From the NCBI GenBank assembly GCA_000182565.2, contig KQ257462.1: a stretch of 64,000 nt of DNA; one strand, written 5' to 3'. A program made the position numbers and the translations under genes. The notes under the pieces were generated by a model. The model had not been told where the DNA came from and made no database searches. It saw nothing but the letters and a program-made list of their open reading frames with translations. Numbering within the stretch: position 1 is the stretch's first letter; the number at the start of each line of letters is the position of its first letter. This DNA is from Spizellomyces punctatus DAOM BR117. Its lineage: Eukaryota. This document shows positions 51,990-64,000 of this stretch, piece by piece.

Positions 51990-52225
51990 TAATGAGACCA
52001 TAGACCATATTTGTGCCAAGACCGATTGCCGATTACACTCTACCTCTCTGTTTCGAAGATTTCCAAGCAATAGCGCCGCCTGATAGCTTAGAAGGCATCC
52101 TGGAGTAGGCTTCTTATTTGAGAGGTCTTCTCCCCAATCTGCATCGGAATACGCTTCAAGATCGTCGCTGTTCCAGTGTGCAGTTCTTCTCAGGTACCTA
52201 AATATCCTCTTCACGCTAGTTCAGT
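51990..52225 (-). mobile_element. Degenerate Ty1/copia LTR-retrotransposon fragment (RT C-terminus / RNase H)
   Basis: KRIFRYLRRT...LEAYSDADWGEDLSNKKPTPG then, after a frameshift, SGGAIAWKSSKQR: copia RNase H motifs YxDADW and GGAIxWxSKKQ. Confidence 0.85.
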
Positions 52226-52689
52226 TGGTGTTTCCAAGAGCACCTCACAATTCTCAGCAAGTACTTTCTAGTAAGGTACAAGCTCATTAGGTAGGACTAG
52301 GTCTGGACCTTGGGTGTCCGGGGAAGGTGATTCCGCTAGAAACCAGGTTTTCTGCGTCGTCTCCTTCTTGCTATTGATGCCATCGGTCACTTTCCCAACC
52401 TTCTGATCGGGTTGTTCCCACTCCCAATCAATAGAAAAAACCCGCAATTCGGAGCACAAGCTAGCGAAATCACATATTCCTATATTTTGGAATGGGTCCA
52501 TGTCCATGAACGGAAACAAATGGGTTGAAAAGTCTTGGTATATTCAAAAACAATCGTACCCACGCACGCAGAACATGAAGACAGAAAAGCACAAAAAAAT
52601 ATACGAAGGATCTTTTACAATGCAACCCCTTCACAGCCAAGCATGTTTTTCCTATCTCAAAGGTCATCAAACTTTTACCCTGCCAGCTC

Positions 52690-54921
52690 TCACTCTACAC
52701 TTTCCAACACCCAAAACCCATCCCCCCCGTCATTTTTCTGGAACTTGAACCGGTCCCCAACCAGACTCTCTACTTCATTCGAAACCAGGATTCCACCCTT
52801 CTGGGCCCCAGCACACAACCGAGAAGCTTTGTCCACCGTGTCGCCCAACACGCGAAAATGGGGGACACGAAAGCCCACAAAGCCGGCTTTAACTTTACCA
52901 CAGTGGATACCGATCTTAAGGTTAATGGATTCTTGGATTCCCAGATCGGATCTAGAGAGGGTTGCCGTTGCTTGTGTGAGTTGTTGGGCGCAGGTGATAG
53001 CTGTGGAAATTGCCTCGGTGATTTGCGAAGGGGATGGAGGGGTATCGGTTAAGCCAACGCACAGGATATAGCCATCTGCAACACTTTCAACCTGGTAGAC
53101 TCCTTCGCATTTGGCGATAATGTCGTCAAAGATGGCGTAGAGTCTTTGGAGAAGCTGGATCATTTGTTTGGCAGTGTATTGGGTAGGTCCTGCGAGGGCG
53201 GTTCGGATGGTTACGGCGTTATCGTAGGTGGTTGGGGCGGGTGTCTGGCCGGCTTTGAGAAGAGAGGCAAAGTGAGGAGGCATGGTGTTTCCTGCAAGTT
53301 TCATGGTGGATATCTCGGGCTCGGCTTTATGTGCATTGATGAGCGCGGTTTGCTCAGCGTGGAGCTCCTGGTACTTTTTAATCATGTCAAACAGTTCTTC
53401 CATATCGGTTGCTTGTTCTGCTCGAATGGTTTGAACTTCTTCTTCTTGCTCTTTTAGAAGGCTTGCTTGTTTGCGTTTGAGCTCGCGAACTTTTTGGTCC
53501 CGTTGGTCCTTATGTTGCAATTTGAGGGATTCGTAGAGCTCCTTGTGGTGCGCTTCGAGTTTTGTGAGTCTTTCCTGGCCTTTTTGGAGGGCCTCAAGAA
53601 GCTCGGTGGCAGCGTCTTTGTTTGAACGCTGTTTTCGTTTGCGGTCGGCTTCGGATCCCTGGACAATGGCCTGGATTTCGGATTCGTCTAGTTCGTGTTC
53701 CATGTGCTCCACGTTACCACCGTCCGTGGAGGAGACTACGTCGGACGTATCTACCTCTGAGGTACCCGCAAAGGAGGATTGGTTGTCCACATCTCGTTCT
53801 TGCTTTTGATGGAAACTGTTGCCGACTTCGGCCATCATGGCTGATGTCTCATCAATGACTGCTCGCTCCCGGATTCTCGCACTCGCCTTTTGATTCCGGT
53901 CGAGCCCCCTCCGCTGCCGATTCTGATAAGAAAGCAATTGGGCTTGAGCGGTTTTTTGCTCTTCTTTGAGTTGGAGAGCTTTGAGCTGGGCCTGTTGGCG
54001 GTCAAGTTTGGCGGCTTCGCTGCTGCGTTCAAGGGTTTGATTCGCGACCAGGGCGTTTTCTCTGAGGGTTTGCTCGGCGAGAAGGTCTTCGAGGTCGCTG
54101 GAAGAAAGGAGATCGAGTTCCATTTGCTCAGACATGTGCCGGAGTTTGATGAGCTACGATATGAGTTTCATTTATAATGAGGCTCTGTGTACCGGAGCGA
54201 AAAGAGAAGCTTTAACTAACCTGCAACTCTCTCAACTGTTCCGCTTCCTTTTGCTGCCTCATAGCCAATTGCTGATATTGCAACTCATATTCCTGAGCCC
54301 GACCCCGTAACTCCATCTCCCCTAACCCCCTCATTTCGAGGGCGTGAATCATTTTCAAGTTTCTCGCAACACGCTCCTGGGTTTTGATCAACTCGCTCCT
54401 TTCCGTTACTTGCGATACTTGGATGGTCTTGGTACGCTTCTCGAATGCTTCGCGTTTCTGTTTCTGTTTGGCACGGAAATCGAGCTCGCGTTCCCTTGCC
54501 TGGTCTTGCTGGGTAGCGTGTGCTTTGAAGGCGGCGATTTTCGATACCATGGCGATGAGTTCTCTTTTGCGAGTTTCGCAGGAGATGAGATCTGCGGCGG
54601 CTTCCCGTTGTCGGTCTTGCACCAGGCGTTGTTCGATAAGTTGTTGTTCATACAGCTGTCGGGCTTCTTTAAGGTTGCCTTCAAAAATGCTTACTGTGGG
54701 ATGTGTAATGTTAATAATGTACAAAACGAAATGTTTTTGGTAAAATATTGCAAATTTCTGTACTGACCTTCTTCCTCTTGGAAGGCTCCCATCCGCCTTT
54801 GAGCGGCAAGCTTTTGCTCCTTGATCTCACGATCGCGACGTAGAGTCGTCACAACAAACTTGTTGTGCGCTTCAACAGCAGACAGCTGCGTAGGCTGCTG
54901 GGGCAAGACATCTGTAGACAT
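52690..54921 (-). CDS. Soluble coiled-coil class III cyclase paralog B, catalytically degenerate (pseudo-cyclase)
   Basis: Introns 54767-54694, 54220-54154; coiled coil alignable to paralog A (IFEGNLKEARQLYEQQL, QQKEAEQLRELQL); cyclase fold with TIRTALAG (no first Asp), YQVESVADGY, HFRVLGDTVDKASRL. Confidence 0.85.
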
Positions 54922-56259
54922 GATGATTCTTTTGGACAAATGTTGCAAACGAGTATTTAGGTATGATATCCAACAGTTTCAAATAGACAAATCCAGATGG
55001 ATATAGCCAAAGGTGTGCTTTTATGGAGAAACCCTAGTTCAAGAAAATGGCGGCACTAGGAACTAGTTCACTTGTTGCAAAAACCCCAAACTCGAATATT
55101 TCACATCAACATAGGCATAAAAACAGGGGAGAAACCGCCTCCCATTGTACAATTGTATACAGACCAAACAGAATGTGAAGAGCCTCGAGGGGACCTACGC
55201 CCCCACCAGAACCTCACCGTGAAAAGCCTCGCCCAGCAAAACCTGAACGTTGTTGAGCAGCAGTAGCAAAGCGAACAATACCATTTACCAGCTTAAAAGC
55301 TGGAGTATTTGGCAAATGTCTTGCATCCCTTAAGGGCTGCTTTGAGCGTCGTCACACGGGTGTACGCCATAGGCAACATTGTTGTTTGTCATGATGAGGA
55401 TTTTGAGTGCGCGATATGCAATGTGCCCTGGTATTGTTTCCTCGGCAGGCTTATTCAGCGTTTGTTTGCATTTTGTAAGGCCAAGAACCCGAGCCACGTT
55501 CTCCGGCATAACTAGTGTCAACAAACTCACAACAACAGTACCTGCCGACCTCACTGTTAATTTTCAGTGTCTTTTTGTTGCGTCGTCGAGGCCTTGCATG
55601 TCCTCTTTTCAAAGCGTATTGTCTCCCATGAAAGATATGCCGGAGATACCTAGACATCATCTCAAAGGAACATTTAACAAAGCGACTCGAAGACAATCCA
55701 TCAATCCATCCAGTGTAGCGCCTCCTCTTTGACAGCCGTTGAATGGATACCCTATTCAAACCTTTGAGATGCGAGTCTTTGGTCCAACACCCAGAGACAT
55801 TTCGCGCCCGTGCCGAAGCACCCTCAGGGTGAAATCCAGTGGGGGACACATTACCAAATCAAAACACAATGGGAATGGGAGACATGGCGGGTTGTTCAAC
55901 GTCGCAGGTATAACTCACATACAGGGGCAGTCAACAATGGGTTTTGTCAAAGGTCCAGGCTTTTGTAGGAGGCGAGTGTGTTGCATTCAGCATCTCTTAT
56001 TGTGTCTAGATTTCGTGAGTGTGGAACGGTTCTTGAAGTGTGCAGTGGGGGTGGGGCTTTGCCTCTGTTCTACTGCAAATTTCTAGAGTTTTCAGTGATA
56101 TCTCAAGCTTTGAGAAGTATAAATCCTCCCCTGACGGGATTTCGCTTTCTTTGCTGATTTTGGAGCTTTCTCTTGGAGGAGCTCATTATATTGTCCCAAT
56201 TTTTCCTCCAACTCAAGGACAAGTATCACATCTCCCTCTGCAAGTTTATTATTGCAGCA

Positions 56260-58653
56260 ATGTCAACAGCAACCGACATGATCGTCCCTACGGCCGGTGG
56301 AGCCCTGGCAGCCCAATCCAGCGGCCACGCCGGCACAGGCGCTGTAACGCACACGCACCAAACAGACCATGAACTCGAACGCATCTTGACACTCATGAAG
56401 GTGGAAGACCAAGCCCTGGCTCTCGCTCTCGAAAAAGAGCGCGCAAGCATGGAATCCACCATGGAACGGATTCACCGTTTAAACAATTTCCGGATTGACG
56501 AAGCTCACATTCGGGAGTCGAATATTGCTGAGAGTCGGTTCTTGGTTGATGCGCAAGATGCTGAGCGTAAGGCACTAACTGTTCGTGAGGCTGAGGAAGC
56601 TGCATCGTTGAAAGAAGAAGAGGAGGACAAGCGCATGTTGGAGATGCTGTTGAGGGAGTTGAGGACACTTAAATTGGGTGTGAGGCAAAAAGCAGAAGCT
56701 TCTGAAAAAGTGATGGCGGTTAAGAAACGATTAGCTGAGAGGCGGACCGCGAATCAGTTGAGGCTGGTAGGAGTAGAGGTCAGACAGGAGAGAGAGAGAA
56801 AGGCGTTGCAAGATAGCCATGTCAGGATTATCAAGGTTTGCATTTTTTTGTTTTGTTTATGGCCATCCATGGGTATTTAACAATGTTCTCGTTATGAAAC
56901 TTAGAACATGAACATGTTCCGCACTCTCCTCTTACAAGATATTGAAGACGCAGCTCTCGACAACCTCATCGCAAACGGCAGTATGTCAGATGATGGAACA
57001 GTTTCCCAAAAAGGAACTGACAGAGCTGACGCCGACAAGCTGCACCAAACCAAAATGCTCCAACTCAAGCTCCGGATGCAGAAAGAAGTTGAACAACTCC
57101 GAGAAGAGCACCTCATGAAACTTAAGCACATGATGAAAGTGTGTGAACTCGAATTGGAACAAACGGAAGAAATTGAAACCTTGATGGCCGAGCAAAAAAT
57201 TCAGGAAATGGAAGTCGAGACGGAACAAAGAAAGGAAATTGAGAATGAAGAGGACCAAATTGCTCAACAGCGAGCGAGTTTAAAGGCGTTTCACACGCAG
57301 CGAGCGCTTCAAGCCAAAGCATCCCGGACGCTCGCTCATCAACGGTACGAAGCAAGACAATTGGCCCGTCAACAAAAAATTGCTGCCAAACAACGCGAGC
57401 GGCAGTTTTTCGCATCCGAGGAGGCTCTCCGCGAAAGCATGCGAGCAATGTCTCAAGAGGAACAGGAAGAAGACGAAGCGAGCTCCCAAGTCTCTGGTCA
57501 TATTAAATCAAGCAAACCCGGCTCAGCCCGTCATTCTGTCGCAGGATTATCCGAAATCAGTTCAACAGACCAGAGCGAAATATCTGACATTACAACTGAC
57601 TCGCACGCCGATACGGCCATTGGTGACGACGCAGAAGCATCCGAAAGCGCCCAAGCGGTCGAAAGCGTCGAACTTGAAGAACAAATTCGCAAAGAACGCT
57701 CTAGGATTGAGGAACTGACTAAACGACACTATGCAGCCATGGAGGCTCTCCGCATCCAACAGCGCGAACTTCGCGAAATCACCAAACGAGAGCATGCTAC
57801 TCAAATGAACCGCCTCCTGGGCGAACAAGAAGATGAATACAAACAACTCAAAATTCAACACCACCATGAAACAGAAGCATTATTGAGCACCCAAAGCGCT
57901 GCAAATGCCCTCGAAGAAGACAATAAAGGCGCTAATGAATTGCTGTATGGAATGCTCCCCCGTTACGTGGCGGATGCAATGAAGATGGGCCACGAGATCC
58001 CACCCAAAGATTTCGAAACAGTAACGATTCTCTATAGCGATATCGTCCAATTCACAAACCTAACCGCGAAATCGTCGCCAAACCAAATCGTCAACCTCCT
58101 CAACAGATTGTATACGGCTTTTGATTCCGCGTTGGATGACTATGCGGATTTATATAAAACAGAGACCATTGGGGATGCATACCAGATCGTTGCGGGGTTG
58201 AATCAAGAATCAGAACAAGGAGGACGTGAAGCCGTTATTCGACGAAATGCAATGGATACCATTGACTGTGCGCTCAGATTCTTGACAGAAATCCGGAACC
58301 TCGACATGACGGACCAAGTCATGCGTGATTTGCATATCCGCATTGGAATCCATTCTGGGCCGTGTGTGGGCGGTGTTGCTGGAGTGACGATGCCAAAGTT
58401 TGCGATTTTTGGGGATACGGTGAATATCGCGAATCAGATGGAACAAAAGTCGAAGCCGAATCGTATTCATATCAGTCAGGCTACTTACGACTTGGTAAAG
58501 GACGCGCCGTTTGTGTTTGAAAAAGTGGAGGGTGCAGTTGTGTTGGAAGGTGGAGTTACTTGCCAGACGTATTGGGTGACGGGACGCAAGGATAGTGCTG
58601 CAAAAGTGGCTACTGCGGGTGGAAAAAAGAAGGCGAGGGTGGTGCTTCAGTAA
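56260..58653 (+). CDS. Soluble coiled-coil class III cyclase paralog C
   Basis: Intron 56836-56904; coiled coil (MQKEVEQLREEHLMKLKHM); CTE LLYGMLPRYVA; YSDIVQF, YKTETIGDAY, MPKFAIFGDTVNIANQM. Confidence 0.9.
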
Positions 58654-58883
58654 GAAAACTTCCCATACAAACTTTGTTGGGGATAAAGGATCGTGGGAAC
58701 TCTATCGAAATTTACACATCTTCAGTCTTCTGGTGTTGCTTAAAACGTTCAAAGTGAGTCAAGGTGCAATACCTTGGCATCATGCCCAAAGTTCACATAA
58801 AACAAACAAAAATGTTATTCTCCAAAAGCCCATCTCATGTATTAAAAAGTCCGATAATACAGTCCCGCTCATCAACAACAAAA

Positions 58884-58976
58884 CTAGACAAACCCAACCA
58901 AATCCCAAATCATCGTCTCACTCAAATCCCCAAACATAGCTTGCAAGAACTGGTCCTCATGTGATGGTGCAGGCCC

Positions 58977-59012
<36 letters not shown>

Positions 59013-61666
59013 TTGTTGCTGTTGTTGTTGCTGATGTTGCTGATGTTGATGTAGTTGTTGCTGAGGTGGGGGTGCATGATGTAATCCATGCACGGTTTGT
59101 TGAGTAAGGTTCGGTGGTGGCACATTATATGGAGGATTAAGGAGAGGTTGGTTATTGTACATGACTGGAATGTGTGGTACAGATGGGGGCATCATCTGGA
59201 TATAGTTGACTGGTGGTGGACGGGCAGTGGTGATGCGAAGGGGTGCGGTAGACAGCGGGGGGCCTGGTATGGAAGAAGAGATGGGTAAAGGAACAGGGTC
59301 TGGTCGTTTCACGTCATCAACATCTTGCGCCCACTGTCGGCGCTTTTCCACAGCCCAGGGACGGAGACGGGATTGTATGCCGCGGGCTTCGAGGGTTTCC
59401 GCCATGACGCCGATAAAGCCTTTCATGATGGGGTGTCTAACGGCAAGGTGTTCCAAGAGGCCGTGCATGCGTTCCATGCGTTCGTGAGCGACCATGTCGC
59501 CGGTCATGACGTCGGATAGGAGTGCATCCCAGGCTGTCGTGAATGCTGTGGGGATATTGACAAAGAGAAAGGAGACGCCGCCAATAGAGAGAGATCGGCC
59601 GTCGGTCGTACTGGATATAGGTGGTGTGATGGGAGAGGATGAACAAGTCGAGTCGAGCTCCTCGCCGGTTGACGCGAGGGTTTCCAGAATTTCAACGAGG
59701 GCGGCGCTCGAGCGACGGGACTCGGCGTCGTAGCGGCCCAAGAGAGCTCGGCGCGACGAGAGGACAATGAGGTGCCATGTCACATGAAGGGATTCGCGCC
59801 GGGTGAATTTGCGTCCTGTGGTGCCTCCACCAGCTCCAGCGCCGTTTTTGGGTAATCGGAGTAGAGGGGGTAGACCCTCTCTCCACAATTCGAGACGGGT
59901 TTGAATTTCTTCAACAAGTTCTTTACCGCCTTCGGCTCGATTAACGCGGCCCTTTTTCCAGGTAGCTCGCGCCGAATTGGCGCGTTTCATGACGAGGCCA
60001 GCGATTTCCATGAGGGATGTGTGGTGCCGGAGGTACTCTGCGTCTGCACGCTCTTCTTCCACTTCGGAAAATCCTTGTGGCCACGGAGTGTCCCTGTTTT
60101 TGTTCTGCGCCTTAGCTTGCCTGTAGTTACAAGTGCACCAACATGGACCTACCAGTCGTCATCCGCCACCATCATGGGCCTTCCGGTAGCCATACTAGCA
60201 TATCTCTCGAGAATGTACGCTCCAAACCAGGTTCTTCGTCGCGTTTCTTCGGTCGCTGTGGGATCATTTAATCGAATGGGACGCCGAATATCTTGCAAAT
60301 TCCGATGCAAGCCCAATTCCTGAGCGGCACGGACACCCGCCCCAGTCAACCGCCACCGATTGATGAACGCATTTCCCTTTCCCGATCCGCAAAGTGACAA
60401 GACAAGGTACGCCTGTGTGATCCACACATGCGGCGCTTCGTACTCTAACGTAACTTCTCGTGCTCTGTCTGTCAATTCTTCTACATCGTTTGCAGACAGT
60501 CCACAGCGTTCTGAGTTTGGCATGTGGTGTACTACGACCACAAGGACTGCGTACAAGAGGGCACGAAATGGGAGCGAGTCCGGTCCCTCGGCCAGAGTCC
60601 GAAAGTAGCTGGCGCGGTCAATGATGGGAAGAAAGGGGTGTACGAGTTGAAAGTAGGTTGTCGACAGACGCATAATTTGGTCATAGGAAAAGGGAAGGTG
60701 CTTACTGAGGGCAGTAGGTTGGTAGGGTGACGAGGGCGTGTTAGCTTGGGAGGGTATATTGAATGGGAGGGTGATCAGACCGTCCCTATATCGCGGAGAT
60801 TGATTCAAGTATGTTGCAGCTTGAAAGATTGAAAGGAAATGCGTTCAGGATAAAGGAAGGTCAATGTCAGACACACTTAATCACTCACATCGCCCATAAT
60901 ACATTAGAAAACTCCCACTGAGGTCCATGCACAATAAATTTCCACTGGGTATCAGTCGAGGTCTCCTCCATGGCGGTTCTTCAGCGGTTTCGGATGCTTC
61001 GGCTGACGCGCCCTCCCAGGGCCGTGTTGAAGAGGCACCTTGTATATCTGAACCGTCTGCCGAGGTCGTTGGGTCGGTGGATGGGTCGCCTTGACTCCCT
61101 GGAGGTATGCCTGCTGCGAGCAGTGATTCCATCATTTTGAGTCTGAAGAATACTAAGTGTTAACTTTCCGTGGCTTCCCCACACGCATCTGCATAGAGTT
61201 GTTCGCACCTATTCTCCAGGGTTTTTATGGTATTCTTTCTGATGGGACCTCTCTTTTTGGTAGTGTCACTGTAGTGGCAAACAAACCCAAATGCCCTGCA
61301 GCCGGAACAAGGGTACTCTCCAGAGCACTTTGTTCGCTTTTTTCTACATGTATCGCAAGCCTTTGACGCGCGTGTTCTCTTTGGCTGATTGTGATGCAGT
61401 AGCTGCTGTTGGTGGTTCTGTTGCTGATCCTGTTGCTGTTGTTGCAGTTGTTGTTGTTGCTGAGCATGCTGCTGCTGCATTTCGTTGGCGAAATTGTTGT
61501 AGCTGTGGTGGTTGTGGTGACCACTACCGTGAGCCGACGGAGAGGGAGAAGCTGGAGACTCCATTGGCGGACCGTTTGGAGTTGTGAGAGGGGGCGGGGA
61601 TGTCTCTGACTGGGAGTCATATCCTTGTGAAGCCGCGAGGTTTTGTTGTCGTTGTTGTTGCTCCAT
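58884..61666 (-). CDS. Zn(II)2Cys6 fungal transcription factor with fungal-specific middle homology domain and polyQ tracts
   Basis: ACDTCRKKRTKCSGEYPCSGCRAFGFVCHY; YFQLVHPFLPIIDR, AQELGLHR, EETRRRTWF..YILERYASMATGRP; several introns. Confidence 0.92.
58978..59062. repeat. (CAA/CAG/CAT)n trinucleotide repeat encoding polyQ in the Zn2Cys6 TF C-terminus
   Basis: ttg/ctg/atg triplet run on + strand; second polyQ run near 61400-61480. Confidence 0.85.
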
Positions 61667-64000
61667 AGCGACGAGGGGACTGCGTGTGGTTGACAGACTC
61701 GAGATTCCGTCGAGCTTTGCACACGAGCACACAAGAACGAGTGCGAGTGCCAAAAAGATATCCACGCAGTCACAAACACACACACAGGCACACCCCGAGA
61801 GCGAGAGCGACGACAACGCGACAGGAGGAGAATGTCACGCAAAACCTTTTCCGCACTGTTCTAACCAACGACTACAAGAGCCATGTACACAGTAACACTA
61901 GTAATAGTAATATCAACGACAGCGATAGAGTATATCACGCATGCAACAAATGACCAAAGATTGAAAATGTTGAAATGTCCCAAGTGCCAAATCGTCGAAG
62001 GTGTTCTGCAGGGAACACAAAAACACGACCTGGTCTCTGGGTCAAAGGAATTATTTTGATTAGGTGATTTCTTACCCAATTCCTTTTTTTCTTGGTTTTT
62101 TAATTATTTTATTTCGGTTTTGGTATTTCCGATATGGACTTCCGACGGTATTTTTGCAGAGCATCGCACACAGCGATATGGAGGGGGCAGGATAAGGGTG
62201 TGTTTGTGTGATTCAGTATGAGCTATATCCAAGGCAATGGATACGTGGAAGTGTTCTGAATGCGTTCTTTGAAAGACTCGATATAGTATTATCATGACCC
62301 CTTCCTTCAGAACCAATATCCGTATAAACCTTAGGTTTTAAACGGTCTAGAGTCCAGGATAAGAGTCCAGGGTGGAATTAGGCGGAGGGAGGGGGACGCA
62401 ACACTGGGCACATCCTTGCGGACGAATGCACTCACGGGCAGAGACAAGCAGGAGCAGCTGGACAGCGCTGCAGGCTACCGAATCTTGTTCATTTCTCCGT
62501 CAATCTTCAAATATCTCGAAACATATAAACACAATGCAATTCGGAACGCACTAGTTCTCATACACATGGATGTCCTCTTCAGTCTCACTCGCTGTTGCTC
62601 ACAAATGTTTTAAAAACACAAATGTATTGGGGGACACCGACCACACTACACTGTTGCACACTCTTGCACACGCAAACACATTCGAAAAGCATTTGGGAAT
62701 ATCGCTTGCTCTTTTTTTTTGTCGCTCTGACACTTGCACTCTTTCCTTACCCGCTTCTCGTTATTTTACAGCCAGAATTCAAGTTTGTTGGTGCTGGAGG
62801 CAGTGCAGCGCTTGTCGCTCCTTTTCCGTCCCATGATTCTCGACATTCCTACTCACATATGGATAACTATGTTCATTATGACCCGTCGGTATGGCATCAT
62901 CAGTATCCATTACTCGTCAGTGGGCATTTTGTGAAAAGCATAACTCACCAGTCGATGGACGACCGCCCTGACTGCTCTTTGGGCTTCGGATTCACAGGAC
63001 CAGCGTCAATGTACCTGCACATTCATATCGTGCTGCAGAATGAGCTTTGCGTACAATTGTTTGCTCTAATGGATGGCGTCCTTACATGCTCCTCGGACTC
63101 GTGTCGTTCATGCTGTCTCGAAAGGCTGCTGGGTACAGGTCTGCGTTTTTGTCGGCTGGTAGAGATTTGCTCATCATTTTATTTTGTTTTATGATATTTG
63201 AACAAAAAGTTTTGAGATACAGGCAATAATGGCCCTTTGCGACTGACTGGATAGCGTTTCTGGGTTATGGCTTGCGTTTACCTTTCGCTGCAGATGTCAC
63301 ATGCTTTTAACCATTATGACGTCCGGATCAGGGCTGACCCGACGCACACAGCAGGGTCGTTGCTGAGGGTTACCCAGTTGCCCACAATCAGGAATTCAGG
63401 GTCAACAAGACCAAGGTATGCTATTCAATGGAGAGGCGCACACGTTGGCATCAAGAAAATCGGGCTTTGGGGTTACCCGTCATGTTACAGCGATAGTTGG
63501 TCCTCATCCACTTTCATATATAACATGGTATTTGGTGATAGCAGATTAGAGTCCGCTCAGACAATACTATGTATGCTCGAGAGCCACGCAAAGGGATATT
63601 CATCACTTGACCTTCATGATGGCTATTCGGCAAACTCGGTTATCTCCAGTGGCTGGTATCTCTGCCAGGGATTCATTATTTCAAGGCCCTTACATCTACT
63701 AGTCGCATTGCAATATGCCCTACCACATTGCATACACAAACAGCGTCGGCTCAGCAATATTACAATAATGATATTTAAAATTTCGATTATCCTACAAGAT
63801 GCCTGCCTTTGCATTGGCAGTTATCATTCCGTTTGCACTATTCAATTTGCGTACGTCGACAGCCGTACACGAAGATGCAAGCTTGTATTAGGTTGTTCCC
63901 CTTGACCACCCGCAGCAGGAGGCGTGATTATCGTCTGATTCTTGCCTGGTGACCTTTTCACCACTACGTGCTTTCCGCCGTTGCCGGGTCAAGACCCCAA

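Noticed and set aside
55000-56170. ORFs between cyclase paralogs B and C
   Set aside because: No similarity to cyclases or known domains; interpreted as shared divergent promoter region
49200-58653. Rhodopsin-guanylyl cyclase (CyclOp) or NO-sensitive sGC identity
   Set aside because: No transmembrane helices, retinal-binding Lys helix, HNOX or PAS domain in any paralog
62372-64000. ORFs 62595..63194 and 63267..63905
   Set aside because: Non-coding-like composition, no domain motifs or coherent exon chain; probably upstream region of the Zn2Cys6 gene
1-64000. tRNA/rRNA genes
   Set aside because: No cloverleaf with T-loop/acceptor stem or rRNA-like segment recognised by eye; tRNAscan-SE/Infernal would be needed to exclude them

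Overview
Eukaryotic, intron-rich (mostly 55-120 nt GT-AG introns) fungal genomic DNA. The gene content (Zn2Cys6 TF, Sfp1, HRI-type kinase, CRL-type GPCR, several class III cyclases) suggests an early-diverging zoosporic fungus (inference). About 21 intact protein-coding genes, two probable pseudogenes (LRR-chromodomain; F-box) and a Ty1/copia relic were reconstructed by manual splicing. Most notable: (1) a cluster of three paralogous soluble long-coiled-coil guanylyl-cyclase-like genes (49.2-58.7 kb) whose catalytic residues are lost in a complementary way (beta-like, pseudo-enzyme, alpha-like); (2) a 2x6TM protein resembling an adenylyl-cyclase membrane anchor with no catalytic domain; (3) a single-chain cytochrome b561 - cytochrome b5 - FAD/NAD(P)H reductase with an SH3 domain inserted into the NAD-binding fold; (4) a receptor-like protein made of a bacterial-type NMT1/THI5 solute-binding domain, a Cys-rich stalk and a multi-pass membrane domain. 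A spliced G-protein gamma gene not captured by the ORF track was also found. All assignments rest on motif recognition by eye; no searches were run.
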